NCBI GenBank assembly: GCA_963788235.1
Contig: CAWBFV010000004.1
Location: 89,030-153,029 of the forward strand
Direction of reading: 5' to 3'
Origin: an uncultured Chloroflexia bacterium
GTDB lineage: Bacteria; Chloroflexota; Limnocylindria; Limnocylindrales; CSP1-4
Length of the DNA: 64,000 bases
Every line of letters begins with the position of its first letter. The first letter of the stretch is position 1. Shown here piece after piece: positions 31,688 through 41,646 of the stretch. The notes under the pieces were generated by a model. It saw only the letters and a list, made by a program, of their open reading frames with translations. It made no database searches and had not been told where the DNA came from. The position numbers were made by a program, and so were the translations under genes.

Positions 31688-33610
31688 GTGCGGAACATCG
31701 CCATCGCGGACCGCAAGGATTGGGTCGTCAACCAGCGGGCGGCCCCGCCGCCACGGCGCCCCTCGAAGATCCGCGACTGGCTCGCCACCCTGCCGATCAT
31801 CCTGCTGATCCCGGCCCTCGCCGTGCCCATCCTCATGACCGCGGCCGGCGGCACGTCCCTCAAGATCTCGCCGGAGGCGCCCGGTCCCGGGCAGAAGTTC
31901 ACGATCGTCGGCGAAGGGTTCGACCGCAACGAGGAGGGCTCGCTCGTCTGGTTGTCGGACGACGCCGCCCCGACGGGCGACGCCCAGGGTGCCGCGGCAC
32001 CGACGGTCGGGCGCCCGATCAAGACCTTCAAGACCAATTCCCGCGGCCGGTTCACGGTCAGGGTCACCCTGCCCCGCTCGTTCGCGATCGGCAACTACGA
32101 GCTCGCCGCCCTGGGAGCGGACGGGACCGTGCGCGCCGTGATCACGATCGAGGTGGCAAAGCGACTGGTCGTGGTGCCGCCGTCGAACGACACGCCGAAG
32201 AACACGCCCAAGCCGATCCGCGTCGTCAAGCCAAAGGCCGCGAAGCCGACGCCGAAGCCGACGGCAGCCCCTACGGCGGAACCGACCGCGGCGCGAACTG
32301 CCGAGCCGACGCCGGCACCGACCCCGACCCCCACGCCGGCAGCCGCGGCGACGCCTGCCCCGACGCCGGTGGCGACGCCTGCCCCGACGCCGGTCGCGAC
32401 GCCTGCCGCGACACCGGTCGCGGCGACCCCGACACCGACGCCGGCAGCGACCGCCTCGCCGACGCCGACCCCGAGCCCGACCGCATCTCCGACCCCGACG
32501 CCGACCGCGTCGCCGACGCCGAGTCCGACGCCATCGCCGACCCCGAGCCCAACGCCCACGCCCAGCCCGACGCCGTCACCGACGCCCACACCCCCACCGA
32601 CCCCGGTCCCGACGGGTCCCGCGCCGCTGCCGACACTGGCCGCGCCCGCGCTCGGCATCATCGCCTCGCAGTCAGAGATCCAGCGCCTGCCGGCGGGCGG
32701 CGCCGCCTGGAACGGGCTCAAGAGCACGGCCGACGGTGTCCTCGGCACGCCGAACATCTCCAACCAGGACGACAACACCGACCAGGTGGTCCTCGCCCGC
32801 GCGCTGGCCTATTCGCGCACCGGTAGCCTCGCCTATCGCTCGACGGTCGCGACGGCGATCAAGCAGGCGGTCGGCACCGAGGTCGGTGGGCGGACGCTCG
32901 CCCTCGGTCGCAACCTGCCGGCCTACGTGCTGTCCGCGGACCTGATCTCGTTCAAGACGTACGACCCGGCCTTCGACTCGAACGTGTTCCGACCGTGGCT
33001 GCGCTCACTGCTGACCGAGGTGCTCGACGGGAAGACCCTGCGCCAGACGCACGAGCAGCGACCGAACAACTGGGGCACCCATGCCGGTGCCGCCCGGGCG
33101 GCGATCGCCGCCTATCTCGGTGATACCGCGGAGATGGCCCGCACCGCGCAGGTGTTCCGCGGCTGGCTCGGTGACCGGACCGCGTACGCCGGCTTCATCT
33201 ACGGCGACCTGAGCTGGCAGTGCGACGCGGCCAAGCCCGTCGGCATCAACCCGACCGGCTGCACGAAGGGCGGCGTCGTGATCGATGGCGCCCTCCCCGA
33301 GGAGATGCGTCGCGGCGGCGCGTTCCAGTGGCCGCCTGTGGCGACCGGGTACGCCTGGGAGGCCCTGCAGGGTGCCGTCCTGCAGGCCGAGATCCTGCGC
33401 GTCGCCGGCTACGACTCGTGGAACTGGTCAGACAAGGCCATGCTTCGCGCCGTGCGCTTCCTGTACGGCCGGGCCGGCTGGGCCGCCGAGGGTGACGACG
33501 AGTGGCAGCCCTGGCTGATCGACAAGCGCTACGGGACGGCCTATCGCGGCCCGGCGCCCGCCCGGACCGGCAAGAACTACGGCTACACCGACTGGCTGAA
33601 CGCTCCCTGA
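31688..33610 (+). CDS. Secreted Ig-like (IPT-type) domain + Pro/Thr linker + alginate-lyase-fold protein (paralog 3)
   Basis: GTG 31688 after a GGGAGG RBS. N-terminal TM/signal, [12 protein letters not shown] Ig-like segment, ~125-aa PT-rich linker. Lyase-fold blocks [56 protein letters not shown]. Confidence 0.6.
   Translation: MRNIAIADRKDWVVNQRAAPPPRRPSKIRDWLATLPIILLIPALAVPILMTAAGGTSLKISPEAPGPGQKFTIVGEGFDRNEEGSLVWLSDDAAPTGDAQGAAAPTVGRPIKTFKTNSRGRFTVRVTLPRSFAIGNYELAALGADGTVRAVITIEVAKRLVVVPPSNDTPKNTPKPIRVVKPKAAKPTPKPTAAPTAEPTAARTAEPTPAPTPTPTPAAAATPAPTPVATPAPTPVATPAATPVAATPTPTPAATASPTPTPSPTASPTPTPTASPTPSPTPSPTPSPTPTPSPTPSPTPTPPPTPVPTGPAPLPTLAAPALGIIASQSEIQRLPAGGAAWNGLKSTADGVLGTPNISNQDDNTDQVVLARALAYSRTGSLAYRSTVATAIKQAVGTEVGGRTLALGRNLPAYVLSADLISFKTYDPAFDSNVFRPWLRSLLTEVLDGKTLRQTHEQRPNNWGTHAGAARAAIAAYLGDTAEMARTAQVFRGWLGDRTAYAGFIYGDLSWQCDAAKPVGINPTGCTKGGVVIDGALPEEMRRGGAFQWPPVATGYAWEALQGAVLQAEILRVAGYDSWNWSDKAMLRAVRFLYGRAGWAAEGDDEWQPWLIDKRYGTAYRGPAPARTGKNYGYTDWLNAP
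32245..32615 (+). repeat. Low-complexity Pro/Thr/Ala/Ser-coding linker with short tandem repeats
   Basis: Encodes [14 protein letters not shown] ... [24 protein letters not shown] ... [32 protein letters not shown]. Includes near-identical 24-nt units (gcgacgcctgccccgacgccggt x2). Confidence 0.9.
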
Positions 33611-33611
33611 C

Positions 33612-35216
33612 CTAGGCGTCGCGCGGCGACGCCGGTACGCGGCTGCCGTTCGCAGGTCGCCCGTTCATGGCGGGTCGCGACGTCCCGTTCGCGGGCCGGC
33701 CGTTGCCGTGGCTCGCCTCGCCGCCGTCGCCCGAGGCGACCTCGCGGACCGTGATGAGCGCGGCCGCCGCGGCGATCGCCAGCATGAGCCAGTAGAACCG
33801 GGCGAACGAGAGGTGCAGGAAGATCCCGGTGACGTAGTAGGTCAGCAACGCGAGCAGGAACGGCGTCGCGAGCCGCTCGAGATCGGGCCGGCGAGTGAGC
33901 GATAGCCGTCTCGCGACCAGCAGCATCCTGACGGTCAGGAAGGCGATGATCAGGAACACCGCCAAGCCGACGACGCCGAGCTCCGCGCCCACGCCCAGGT
34001 AGAGGTTGTGGGCCTCGCGCTGCGCGTTCTTGACGAGGATGCCCACGACCTCGGCGTAGTGCTCGTAGTAGACCGGGAACATGTCGGGTCCGACCCCGAA
34101 CACCGGGTGGTCGACCATCACGAGCCCTGCCGCCAGGGTCTCGGTCGCGCGGCTGAGGAGCGAGTTGTCGACCCCGCTCGTGCTCCCGCCCTCGCTCAAC
34201 GACCCGATCGCGGCAAGTGACGACACGCGGCTCGCGTACTGCGGGAATGCCACGAACATCAGCGCCAGGGCGACCAGGATCGCGACGATGTGGCGGAACT
34301 GGACCAGCCGGAGCGCCATGAGCGCGAGGATCAGGACGCCGAGGCCGACCGCCGCCCCGCGCGAGAACGTGAACGCCACAGCGAGTGTGATCAGCGCGGT
34401 GCTCACACCGGCGATGCCCCGGAGCAGCAGCGAGCGTTCGTCGATGAACCGGAAGATCCCGAGCGGCACCAGCATCAACATGACCTGCGCGAACCGATTG
34501 GTCTCGCCGATCGAACCGGCCAGGCGGGGCTGGACGACGTCGCCGGTCAGCGTCGAGACGCCGGTGCTGACGGCCGCGCTCGTCGCCTGGGCGAACCCGA
34601 AGTAGTTGTTGCCGTAGGTCGACGTGACCACCTGGATGACGGACAGGGCGCTCACGACCGCTCCGGCGCCGATCAACGCCCAGGTCGTGGCCCGCAGCAT
34701 GTCGGGCGTGCGGATCACGTTGAGGAGCAGGAAGTACAGCCCGATCCCCTCGATGAGGAAGACCGTGATCGCGTCCCACGTCGTCGTCAGGTCCGTGGAG
34801 AGCAACGCCGAGATGAGGTTGATGAGCAGGAACACGAACATCCACCCGAGCACCGGAGGGGCCACGATCGGGAGACGGCGGACGATCAGATCGCGGGCCA
34901 GCGGCACCACGAGGAGGAGGGGCACGACGGCCGCGACGAAGAAGGGGACGCCGTGGAACTGGACCAGGACGACCGCCGCGTTGCTGTACAGGATGCCAAC
35001 GGCCGCGAGCGTCGCGATGTCTGGGCGGATGATCATCGCGGTCGCCAGCAACACGATGCTCGCCCCGGCGACGGCAAGGATCGGCGCGTCAGCCGACAGG
35101 ATCCCGGCGAGCACGGCCCCGCCGACGACCAGCGTCGCCAGGGCGATCGCGCCGGCCTGATCGCCGCTGCGCGCACCTCTCCGCCGTCGGTCGACCGAGA
35201 CGCCGGGTGCGCTCAC
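33612..35216 (-). CDS. O-antigen ligase / Wzy-like polysaccharide polymerase family membrane protein
   Basis: GTG 35216 overlaps the upstream stop as GTGA. About 10+ TM segments, with the Wzy_C-like block AFTFSRGAAVGLGVLILALMAL. Confidence 0.65.
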   Translation of the reverse strand: MSAPGVSVDRRRRGARSGDQAGAIALATLVVGGAVLAGILSADAPILAVAGASIVLLATAMIIRPDIATLAAVGILYSNAAVVLVQFHGVPFFVAAVVPLLLVVPLARDLIVRRLPIVAPPVLGWMFVFLLINLISALLSTDLTTTWDAITVFLIEGIGLYFLLLNVIRTPDMLRATTWALIGAGAVVSALSVIQVVTSTYGNNYFGFAQATSAAVSTGVSTLTGDVVQPRLAGSIGETNRFAQVMLMLVPLGIFRFIDERSLLLRGIAGVSTALITLAVAFTFSRGAAVGLGVLILALMALRLVQFRHIVAILVALALMFVAFPQYASRVSSLAAIGSLSEGGSTSGVDNSLLSRATETLAAGLVMVDHPVFGVGPDMFPVYYEHYAEVVGILVKNAQREAHNLYLGVGAELGVVGLAVFLIIAFLTVRMLLVARRLSLTRRPDLERLATPFLLALLTYYVTGIFLHLSFARFYWLMLAIAAAAALITVREVASGDGGEASHGNGRPANGTSRPAMNGRPANGSRVPASPRDA

Positions 35217-36403
35217 GTGCCCACGTCCCGTCGCACGGGCTGCCAGCGATCGATGCGCCGGCCGCGCAGGAGGTTCCACGCGGCGTGCAGCGACGCGATG
35301 TTCACGAGCAGGAAGAACGCCGGGATCGCAAACCACGGCCGCCGCCCGGCCGGCCGATCGCGCAGGAACAGGCCGACGATCCCGAGCCCGTAGACGAGCA
35401 GCTGGCCGACGAGCGCGATCCGATAGATGGGTCCCGCGTCCCACAGGAAGAGGCTGGTCACGAGGACGACCAGCAGCGGGATCGCCATCAGGCGACGCAG
35501 CACCTTGTGGGTCAGCAGCTGGAGGGCGTAGAAGCCGTACCGGCGGGGGTCGAGCAAGCCCCTGGCGAATGCGACGCCACGGAGGCCGCGGGTCATGATC
35601 CTGACCTTGCGCCCGTACTCGCGGCCGCTCGAACCGGCGACCGGCTCGTACGCCACGGCTCGCGGTTCGAACACCAGCCGTCGACCCGCGGCGATCACCC
35701 GGGTCGAGGTCGTGAAGTCGTCGGTGACCCCGTCAGGCACCGCGCCGAAGAGCTCGCGGCGGATCGCGTACATCGCCCCGGTCGCGGAGATCACGCTGCC
35801 GCCGAGGCTCTCGGCATCCTTGACCAGTCGATCGAAGTCCCAGTAACTCCGCTCCCCGACGCCGATCGCGGTCGCCGCTCCCGGGTCGGCGGGTCCGATG
35901 CCGGCCGAGGCCTTGAGATAGACCTGGTTGCCGGCGACGCCCCCGACCTCGGGATCCGCGAACGAGCGAACCAGGACGCGGATGGCATCGGTCGCATAGG
36001 CCGTATTGGCGTCGGAGAAGACCAGGATCTCGCCCCTTGACGCGTCCACCGCGCTGTTGAGGGCCGTGGCCTTGCCGGTCCGTGGCAGATCGAGGACGCG
36101 GATCCGCGGATCCTCGCGGCGTTGCGCCTCTGCGACCGTGGCATCGGTCGAGCCGTCCGAGGCGATCACCGCCTCGAATCGGTCGCTCGGGTAGTCGAGC
36201 CCGAGGAGGTTGTCGACGCGCGCGCCGATCGATTCCGCCTCGTTGTGCGCGGCGATGATCACGCTCACCGACGGCGTGATGTCGGCGGTCCGATGCGGCC
36301 GCGGTCGAAGCCGGGCGCGGAGCAGCACCAGCAGGGGGAACCCGACGTAGGTGTAGGCCACGAGCGCCGTCGCGAGCCAGAACAGCACGGCCATGAGCGT
36401 CAT
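35213..36403 (-). CDS. Glycosyltransferase family 2 (membrane-associated)
   Basis: ATG 36403 overlaps the upstream stop (ATGA). VSVIIAAHNEAESI, IASDGSTD, FSDANT, C-terminal TM helices. Confidence 0.85.
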   Translation of the reverse strand: MTLMAVLFWLATALVAYTYVGFPLLVLLRARLRPRPHRTADITPSVSVIIAAHNEAESIGARVDNLLGLDYPSDRFEAVIASDGSTDATVAEAQRREDPRIRVLDLPRTGKATALNSAVDASRGEILVFSDANTAYATDAIRVLVRSFADPEVGGVAGNQVYLKASAGIGPADPGAATAIGVGERSYWDFDRLVKDAESLGGSVISATGAMYAIRRELFGAVPDGVTDDFTTSTRVIAAGRRLVFEPRAVAYEPVAGSSGREYGRKVRIMTRGLRGVAFARGLLDPRRYGFYALQLLTHKVLRRLMAIPLLVVLVTSLFLWDAGPIYRIALVGQLLVYGLGIVGLFLRDRPAGRRPWFAIPAFFLLVNIASLHAAWNLLRGRRIDRWQPVRRDVGT

Positions 36404-37686
36404 GCCGCGGCCCGCTCGGGATCGTGCCGCTTGCCCGACGCGGCGAACCGGGCGGCCAGCTGTGCCGCGTTGCGGTCGACGTCGAACTCGCGCAGCACGG
36501 TCGCTCGCCCCGCCGCGCCGAGCCGCGCGCGCAGCGCAGGGTCGGCGGCGAGCCGGGCGAGGGCGTCCGCCAGCGCCACCGCGTCGCCGGGCGCGACCAG
36601 CAGCCCGTCGACGCCATCGGTGACGAGCTCCGGGATACCGGAAAGGCGTGACGCGACGACCGGCAGGCCGGCGGCCATCGCCTCCATGAGCACGACCGGG
36701 ATGCCTTCGCGCTTCCCGCCGCGGGTCGGGACACTCGGGGCCGCGAGCACGTCGGCATCGGCGAGCTCGGCGGCAACCGCGTCGCTCGTCATGCGCCCGG
36801 CGAGCGTCACCCGGCCCGCCAGACCGTGCTCCGCGATGCGAGCCGACAGCGCATCCCGGTCGGGGCCGTCCCCGATGAACCGGCACGTGACGTCGACGCC
36901 GCGCTCGACCAAGAGCTGGCACGCATCGATCAGGTGCGCCTGGCCCTTGACCTCGTGGAGCGTCCCGACCGCGACGATCCGCAACGGCCCGTCGATCGCC
37001 CGCTCGACCGGGCTGAACGCCGCCGGATCGACGCCGCAGTGGATGACGTCGACCTTCCCGCTGGCGGGCGCGCCGGCGGTCGACTCGATCAGCGCCTGGT
37101 TGTCGCGCGAGATCGTGACGACGAAGGCGGCCTCCGCCACTTTGGTCGCGAGCATCGTTCGATCGACGTGGAGGTCGGAGCCGTGCGCCGTGAAGCTGTA
37201 CGGGATGCCCACGAGGCGATGGATGAGCCAGCCCGCCAGCGCGGGGTGGTTGGCGAAATGGCAGTGCACGTGGACGACGCCTTCGTCGACCATCGCCAGC
37301 GAGCTGTGGACGGTCTTCGGGAAGATGCCGATCCCACCGAGCAGGAAGTTCGGGCTCCGCCACGTCCCGCGGACCATGTCGAGGAGCGCCCGGACATAGC
37401 GCCGTCGCCGGCGAGGATCGCGCAGGAACGTCCACTGGCTGCGCAGGATCGGGAGCGACAGGAAGGGCAGATAGTGCGCCCGCTCCACCCACCGTTCGGC
37501 CGCCGGCTGTACCGGCTCGCCGGTCTGGCGCAGGAGCGGGTGGAGCTCGACGCGGACCCCGGCGCGGTCCATCGCCTCGAGCTCGGCGAGGATGAACGTC
37601 TCGGTGAGCTTCGGGAAGCGCGACATCACGTAGGCGACGGTCAGCGGCTCCGACCGCGCCTCGGCCCCAGCGGTTCGACGCGTCAT
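36400..37686 (-). CDS. Glycosyltransferase family 4 (GT-B, Glycos_transf_1)
   Basis: ATG 37686 overlaps the galE stop (ATGA). EGIPVVLMEAMAAGLPVVASRLSGIPELV E-x7-E motif. Confidence 0.85.
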   Translation of the reverse strand: MTRRTAGAEARSEPLTVAYVMSRFPKLTETFILAELEAMDRAGVRVELHPLLRQTGEPVQPAAERWVERAHYLPFLSLPILRSQWTFLRDPRRRRRYVRALLDMVRGTWRSPNFLLGGIGIFPKTVHSSLAMVDEGVVHVHCHFANHPALAGWLIHRLVGIPYSFTAHGSDLHVDRTMLATKVAEAAFVVTISRDNQALIESTAGAPASGKVDVIHCGVDPAAFSPVERAIDGPLRIVAVGTLHEVKGQAHLIDACQLLVERGVDVTCRFIGDGPDRDALSARIAEHGLAGRVTLAGRMTSDAVAAELADADVLAAPSVPTRGGKREGIPVVLMEAMAAGLPVVASRLSGIPELVTDGVDGLLVAPGDAVALADALARLAADPALRARLGAAGRATVLREFDVDRNAAQLAARFAASGKRHDPERAAA

Positions 37687-38681
37687 GCCGCCGCCTCGGC
37701 GTAGCCCTCGGGATGGCGGGAATGCCACGCCCACGCGGTCCGGACGATGTCGTCGAGGGTCCGGGTGGCCCGCCAGTCGAGCGTGGCCTCGGCCCGGGTC
37801 GTATCGGCCCAGATCGCCGACGGATCGCCCTCCCGCCGCGGCGCGGCCTCGGTCCGGATCGGTCGACCGGTGATGCGCCGCGCCGCGTCGATGACCTCGA
37901 GCACCGACGCCCCGACGCCGGTCCCGACGTTGACCGTCAGCGACTCGCTGTCGTCGCCGTCGATCGCCTCGAGGGCACAGCGGTGGGCCTCGGCCAGGTC
38001 GCTCACGTGGATGTAGTCGCGGATCGCCGATCCGTCGGGGGTCGGGTGGTCGGTCCCGAAGACCCGGATCGCCGGCAGCCGGCCGGCCGCCGCGCGCATC
38101 ACGACCGGGATGAGGTTCGGGGCGTCGGTCCAGTCCTCGCCGTGCGACCCATCCTCGGCGGCGCCGGCCGCGTTGAAGTAGCGCAATACCGCGGATCGGA
38201 TGCCGTGCGCCGCCTCGAACCAGGGCAGCAGACGCTCGGAGGCGAGCTTGCTCTCGCCGTAGGGGTTCATCGGGTGGACGGCGGCTCGTTCATCGACCGG
38301 TGAGCGATCGGGCGTGCCGTACACCGCGCAGGACGACGAGAACACGAAGCGACGGACATCGGTCCTGGCCATGGCCCGGAGCACGGACAGCGTCCCCCCG
38401 ACGTTCACGTCGAAGTACGAGCCCGGGTCGGCGACCGATTCCTCCACCGATTTGAGCGCCGCGAAGTGGACCACGGCCTCGATCCGCCCGCGCCGCAGGG
38501 TCGTCGCCACGAGGTCGAGATCGCGCACGTCACCCACGACGAGCGGGATCGAGCCGACCGCTTCGCGATGACCTCGTCGAAGGTCATCGAGGACGGTCAC
38601 CTCGTGGCCGACGGCGGCGAGTCGCCGGGCGGTCTCGGAGCCGATGTACCCCGCGCCACCCGTGACCAGGATGCGCACCAT
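37683..38681 (-). CDS. galE: UDP-glucose 4-epimerase
   Basis: MVRILVTGGAGYIGS Rossmann start, SSSCAVYG, catalytic YGESKLASE, RYFNAAGA, IRDYIHVSDLAEAH. Confidence 0.85.
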   Translation of the reverse strand: MVRILVTGGAGYIGSETARRLAAVGHEVTVLDDLRRGHREAVGSIPLVVGDVRDLDLVATTLRRGRIEAVVHFAALKSVEESVADPGSYFDVNVGGTLSVLRAMARTDVRRFVFSSSCAVYGTPDRSPVDERAAVHPMNPYGESKLASERLLPWFEAAHGIRSAVLRYFNAAGAAEDGSHGEDWTDAPNLIPVVMRAAAGRLPAIRVFGTDHPTPDGSAIRDYIHVSDLAEAHRCALEAIDGDDSESLTVNVGTGVGASVLEVIDAARRITGRPIRTEAAPRREGDPSAIWADTTRAEATLDWRATRTLDDIVRTAWAWHSRHPEGYAEAAA

Positions 38682-38704
38682 GTCGTGACGCCGAGATCCG
38701 GCCG

Positions 38705-40274
38705 TCAGACGCTGGGCCGATCGGGCTGATTGCGCCGACGCGGCGAGCGGGTCGTTGGTGGCGTTGGCTCGGGTTCGTCGTCATCGAGCCCGATGTCGTC
38801 GTCGGCCTCGGATCGCCGGCCCTGATCGCGGATGACATCCCGAAGCGGCTCCCGGTACGTCTCGCGGAAGGGTCCGCCGTAGGTCTCGCGAACCGGTTCG
38901 GGTCGGAATGGCTCGCGGAACGGCTCGCGCGGCGTCTCCTGGAAGACCGGGCGAGCCGGTTCCGGCGGGGTGCCCTGCTTGCCGCGACGGATCGCGCGCT
39001 TGCGCTCGACCAGCACGGTCCCGACCTTGTCGACGCCGACGAGCCTGAGGCTCTCGGCCGCGTACTCGACATCGTCACGGCGCGACTGGTCGCGCGCGGC
39101 GACGATGATCGTGCTGTCGGCCGCCTGGCCCCAGGCCAGTGCCCCCGCGGACAAGTGCAACGGGCCCGTGCTCACGACGACGAGATCGACCGACTGCTCG
39201 AGCGTCTCGAGGATCGTGCGGGCGCGGGCGACGTCGACGCCGTCTTGGTCGAGCGTGGCCCCGCGCGGCAGCACGCGCAGCGTGGACGAGATGCGCACCA
39301 GGCGCTGGTTGGGGTCGATCGATGCGTTGCCGGTCAGATCGGACAGCCCGGGCCGCTCGAGGAGCCCGAAGATCCTGGTCGCCGACAGGTCGCTCGCGTC
39401 GGCATCGACGAGGACGACCTGGCGTCCGCCGCGGGCGGTGATCGCCGCGAGGTTGGCCGCGACCTGGCTGCTCGTGCCGTCCGACGAGGTGCCGACGACG
39501 ACGATCGAGCGGGCGGTCTTGCCCGCCTCCCCGAACGTCGATTTGGCGACGACCAGCCGGTACGCGGCGGCGGCCGCCGAATTCGGGGGCTTGATCGATC
39601 AACCCGCGCGTGCTCGACGGCTGCGCCCGGGAGGCCTCGACCTTGCCGAGGAACGGCAGGCCGGTGAGGCGCTCGAGCTCATCCTCGGAGCGGACGGCGG
39701 CGCTCAGGTACTCGACGAGCATCACCAGCACCATCGCCCCGATCAGGGCGGCGAGCGCGGCGAGCGCGACGATCAGCGACTTCTGGGGCGCGACGGGCTG
39801 GTCGAGCGGCGGGTGGATCGCGAAATCGACGGGCTGCAGCCGGCCTTCGGGCCGATCGATGCCGCGGGATGCCAGCTGGGTGATCTCGTCGCCGAGCTTG
39901 TTGGCGAGGTTCGCCGCCATCCGCGCGTCGGTGTCCTGGACGCGGATCGTCAGCAACCGAGTCGTGTCGTTGGCCGTGACCCGGGTCGCGAGCCGCAGGT
40001 CCTGCGGCGTCAGCGTCGAGCCGGCCTCCTGGATGGCCGAGGCCAGCAGTGGAGTCGTGGTGACAAGACCGGCGTAGGTCTGGACCATCGCGCCCGCCGC
40101 GCGGAGCGTATCGACGTCGGTGTTGTACGGACCGACGAGGAGCTGGGTCTCCGCCTCATAGGTCGCCGGGATCTGCGATGCGACCACGTAGCCGGAGATC
40201 GCGGCGACCCAGGTCGCCACCAGCAAGGTCCACCACCACCGTCGCGCGACCGCGAGGTAGCCAGAAAGTTCCAC
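38705..40274 (-). pseudogene. Wzz chain-length-determinant / BY-kinase-like fusion, one frame shift as sequenced; kinase P-loop non-canonical
   Basis: GTG 40274 after an AAGGGGG RBS (alternative ATG 40340). Wzz domain with two TM segments. Frame changes at the CCCCC run at ~39590. It continues as ...SIVVVGTSSDGTSSQVAANLAAITARGGRQVVLVDADASD ... DLVVVSTGP ... into ORF 38705..39298. The tail has REPF/RETY repeats. Confidence 0.7.
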
Positions 40275-40431
40275 ACGACCCCCTTGGGACGGTCCCCCAA
40301 TGCCAACAACGGGCTGTTCCGGGTAAGGATAGTGGTTCATCGTCCGGAGGGGACCGGGCATGTTGCCGCGGGGCACCATCCGTCGGCCATCGTCGAACAC
40401 CTCGATCGGCGCTGGACGATACGATCGATCG

Positions 40432-41646
40432 ATGGACGGCGGACTGCCCCCACGGGTGACGCCGACGTCGAGCGCGCCTCCGGAGTCAGGCTCGCCGGTC
40501 GCAGCGAGCGGTGGCCGGCGTCCCCGACGCTCGAGATCGATCGCGATCGCGGCGATCGGCCTGCTCGTCGTCGCGCTGGTCGTGGGTCTCGTCGTCGCCG
40601 GGCGCGGCCTGCTGTCGCGACACCCGTCGATCGAGCTCGGTGCGCGGTCGCCGGGCTACCTCGCGTCCGTCGCCGAGTTGCAGGATCGCGCGCGGCGGGC
40701 GGCGTCAGGCGAAGAGCCGTATGCCTCGGCCGTCGCCGACCTGGTCGACTTCGCGACGGCGACCGTGAAACGCCCGCCACGGCCCGAGGAGCCGTTGCAG
40801 ATCGACGGGACGGAGGGTCCGTTCGTGGACGATTCCGCGGCGGCCTACGGGCTCGCCCTGGCGTGGGTGGTCACGGGGGACGACGCATACGCAGCGGCCT
40901 CGGCCGGGTACATCGACGCCTGGGTCCGCACGACCAGGACGACGGTCGGCACGTGCCCGGACGACGGCCGATGCCAGACATCGCTGATCATCGGCCGGAC
41001 GGCGCCCGGGTTCATCTTCGCCGCGGACCTTCTGGCGGGCAGCGACGCCTTCAAGCCCGAGGACGCGGCTGCGTTCCGCGAGTGGCTCCGAGCGGTGATC
41101 CTGCCCGCCGCGTCGGAGCTGCCGAACAACTGGGGCGACGCCGGCACGTTCCTGCGCGTCGCCGCGACCGACTACCTGGGCGACATGGACGGGCTGCGCG
41201 CCGCGATCGAGCGGTGGTACGTGCAGCAGGACCGGATCGCCGCTGATGGGCACATCCCCGAGGAGACCCGACGTGACACCTCGGGCATGTCGTACACGCA
41301 GGAGGCACTGCAGTACAAGGTCGGTGCCGCCGTCATCGTCGGCCGCTACGGCGTGGACCTGTGGCCCTATCGCGGTGAGGGCGGGGCGACGCTCGAGGAC
41401 GCGATCGACTACATGGCCGCGTACTGGTCCAGGCCCGAGGCGTGGCCGTGGGATCCAAACGTGGAGCGCCCATCGACCGGGCCGTTCTGGGAGATCGCGT
41501 TCCAGCGGTCTCGCGATCCGGCATTCGTGCCGATCATCGAGGAGCGCCGGCCGTTCGGCAGCCAGGGACACTCGGCATTGCGCTGGACGACATTGACCAA
41601 CGGGATATCGCTGGACGAGCGCCCGACCGAGGCGCCGCCGTCGTGA
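40432..41646 (+). CDS. Membrane-anchored alginate-lyase-fold protein (paralog 4, more divergent)
   Basis: ORF 40360..41646, ATG 40432. N-terminal TM (IAIAAIGLLVVALVVGLVVAG). YGLALAWVVTGDDAY, LIIGRTAPGFIFAADLL, LPNNWGDAGTFLRVAATDYLGD. Confidence 0.55.
   Translation: MDGGLPPRVTPTSSAPPESGSPVAASGGRRPRRSRSIAIAAIGLLVVALVVGLVVAGRGLLSRHPSIELGARSPGYLASVAELQDRARRAASGEEPYASAVADLVDFATATVKRPPRPEEPLQIDGTEGPFVDDSAAAYGLALAWVVTGDDAYAAASAGYIDAWVRTTRTTVGTCPDDGRCQTSLIIGRTAPGFIFAADLLAGSDAFKPEDAAAFREWLRAVILPAASELPNNWGDAGTFLRVAATDYLGDMDGLRAAIERWYVQQDRIAADGHIPEETRRDTSGMSYTQEALQYKVGAAVIVGRYGVDLWPYRGEGGATLEDAIDYMAAYWSRPEAWPWDPNVERPSTGPFWEIAFQRSRDPAFVPIIEERRPFGSQGHSALRWTTLTNGISLDERPTEAPPS

Noticed and set aside
31151-31808. 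ORFs 31299..31808(+), 31151..31564(-) and 31212..31628(-) covering the riboswitch gap.
   Set aside because: No family motifs and Arg/Pro-rich composition. The region is better explained by the GEMM-I aptamer plus leader.
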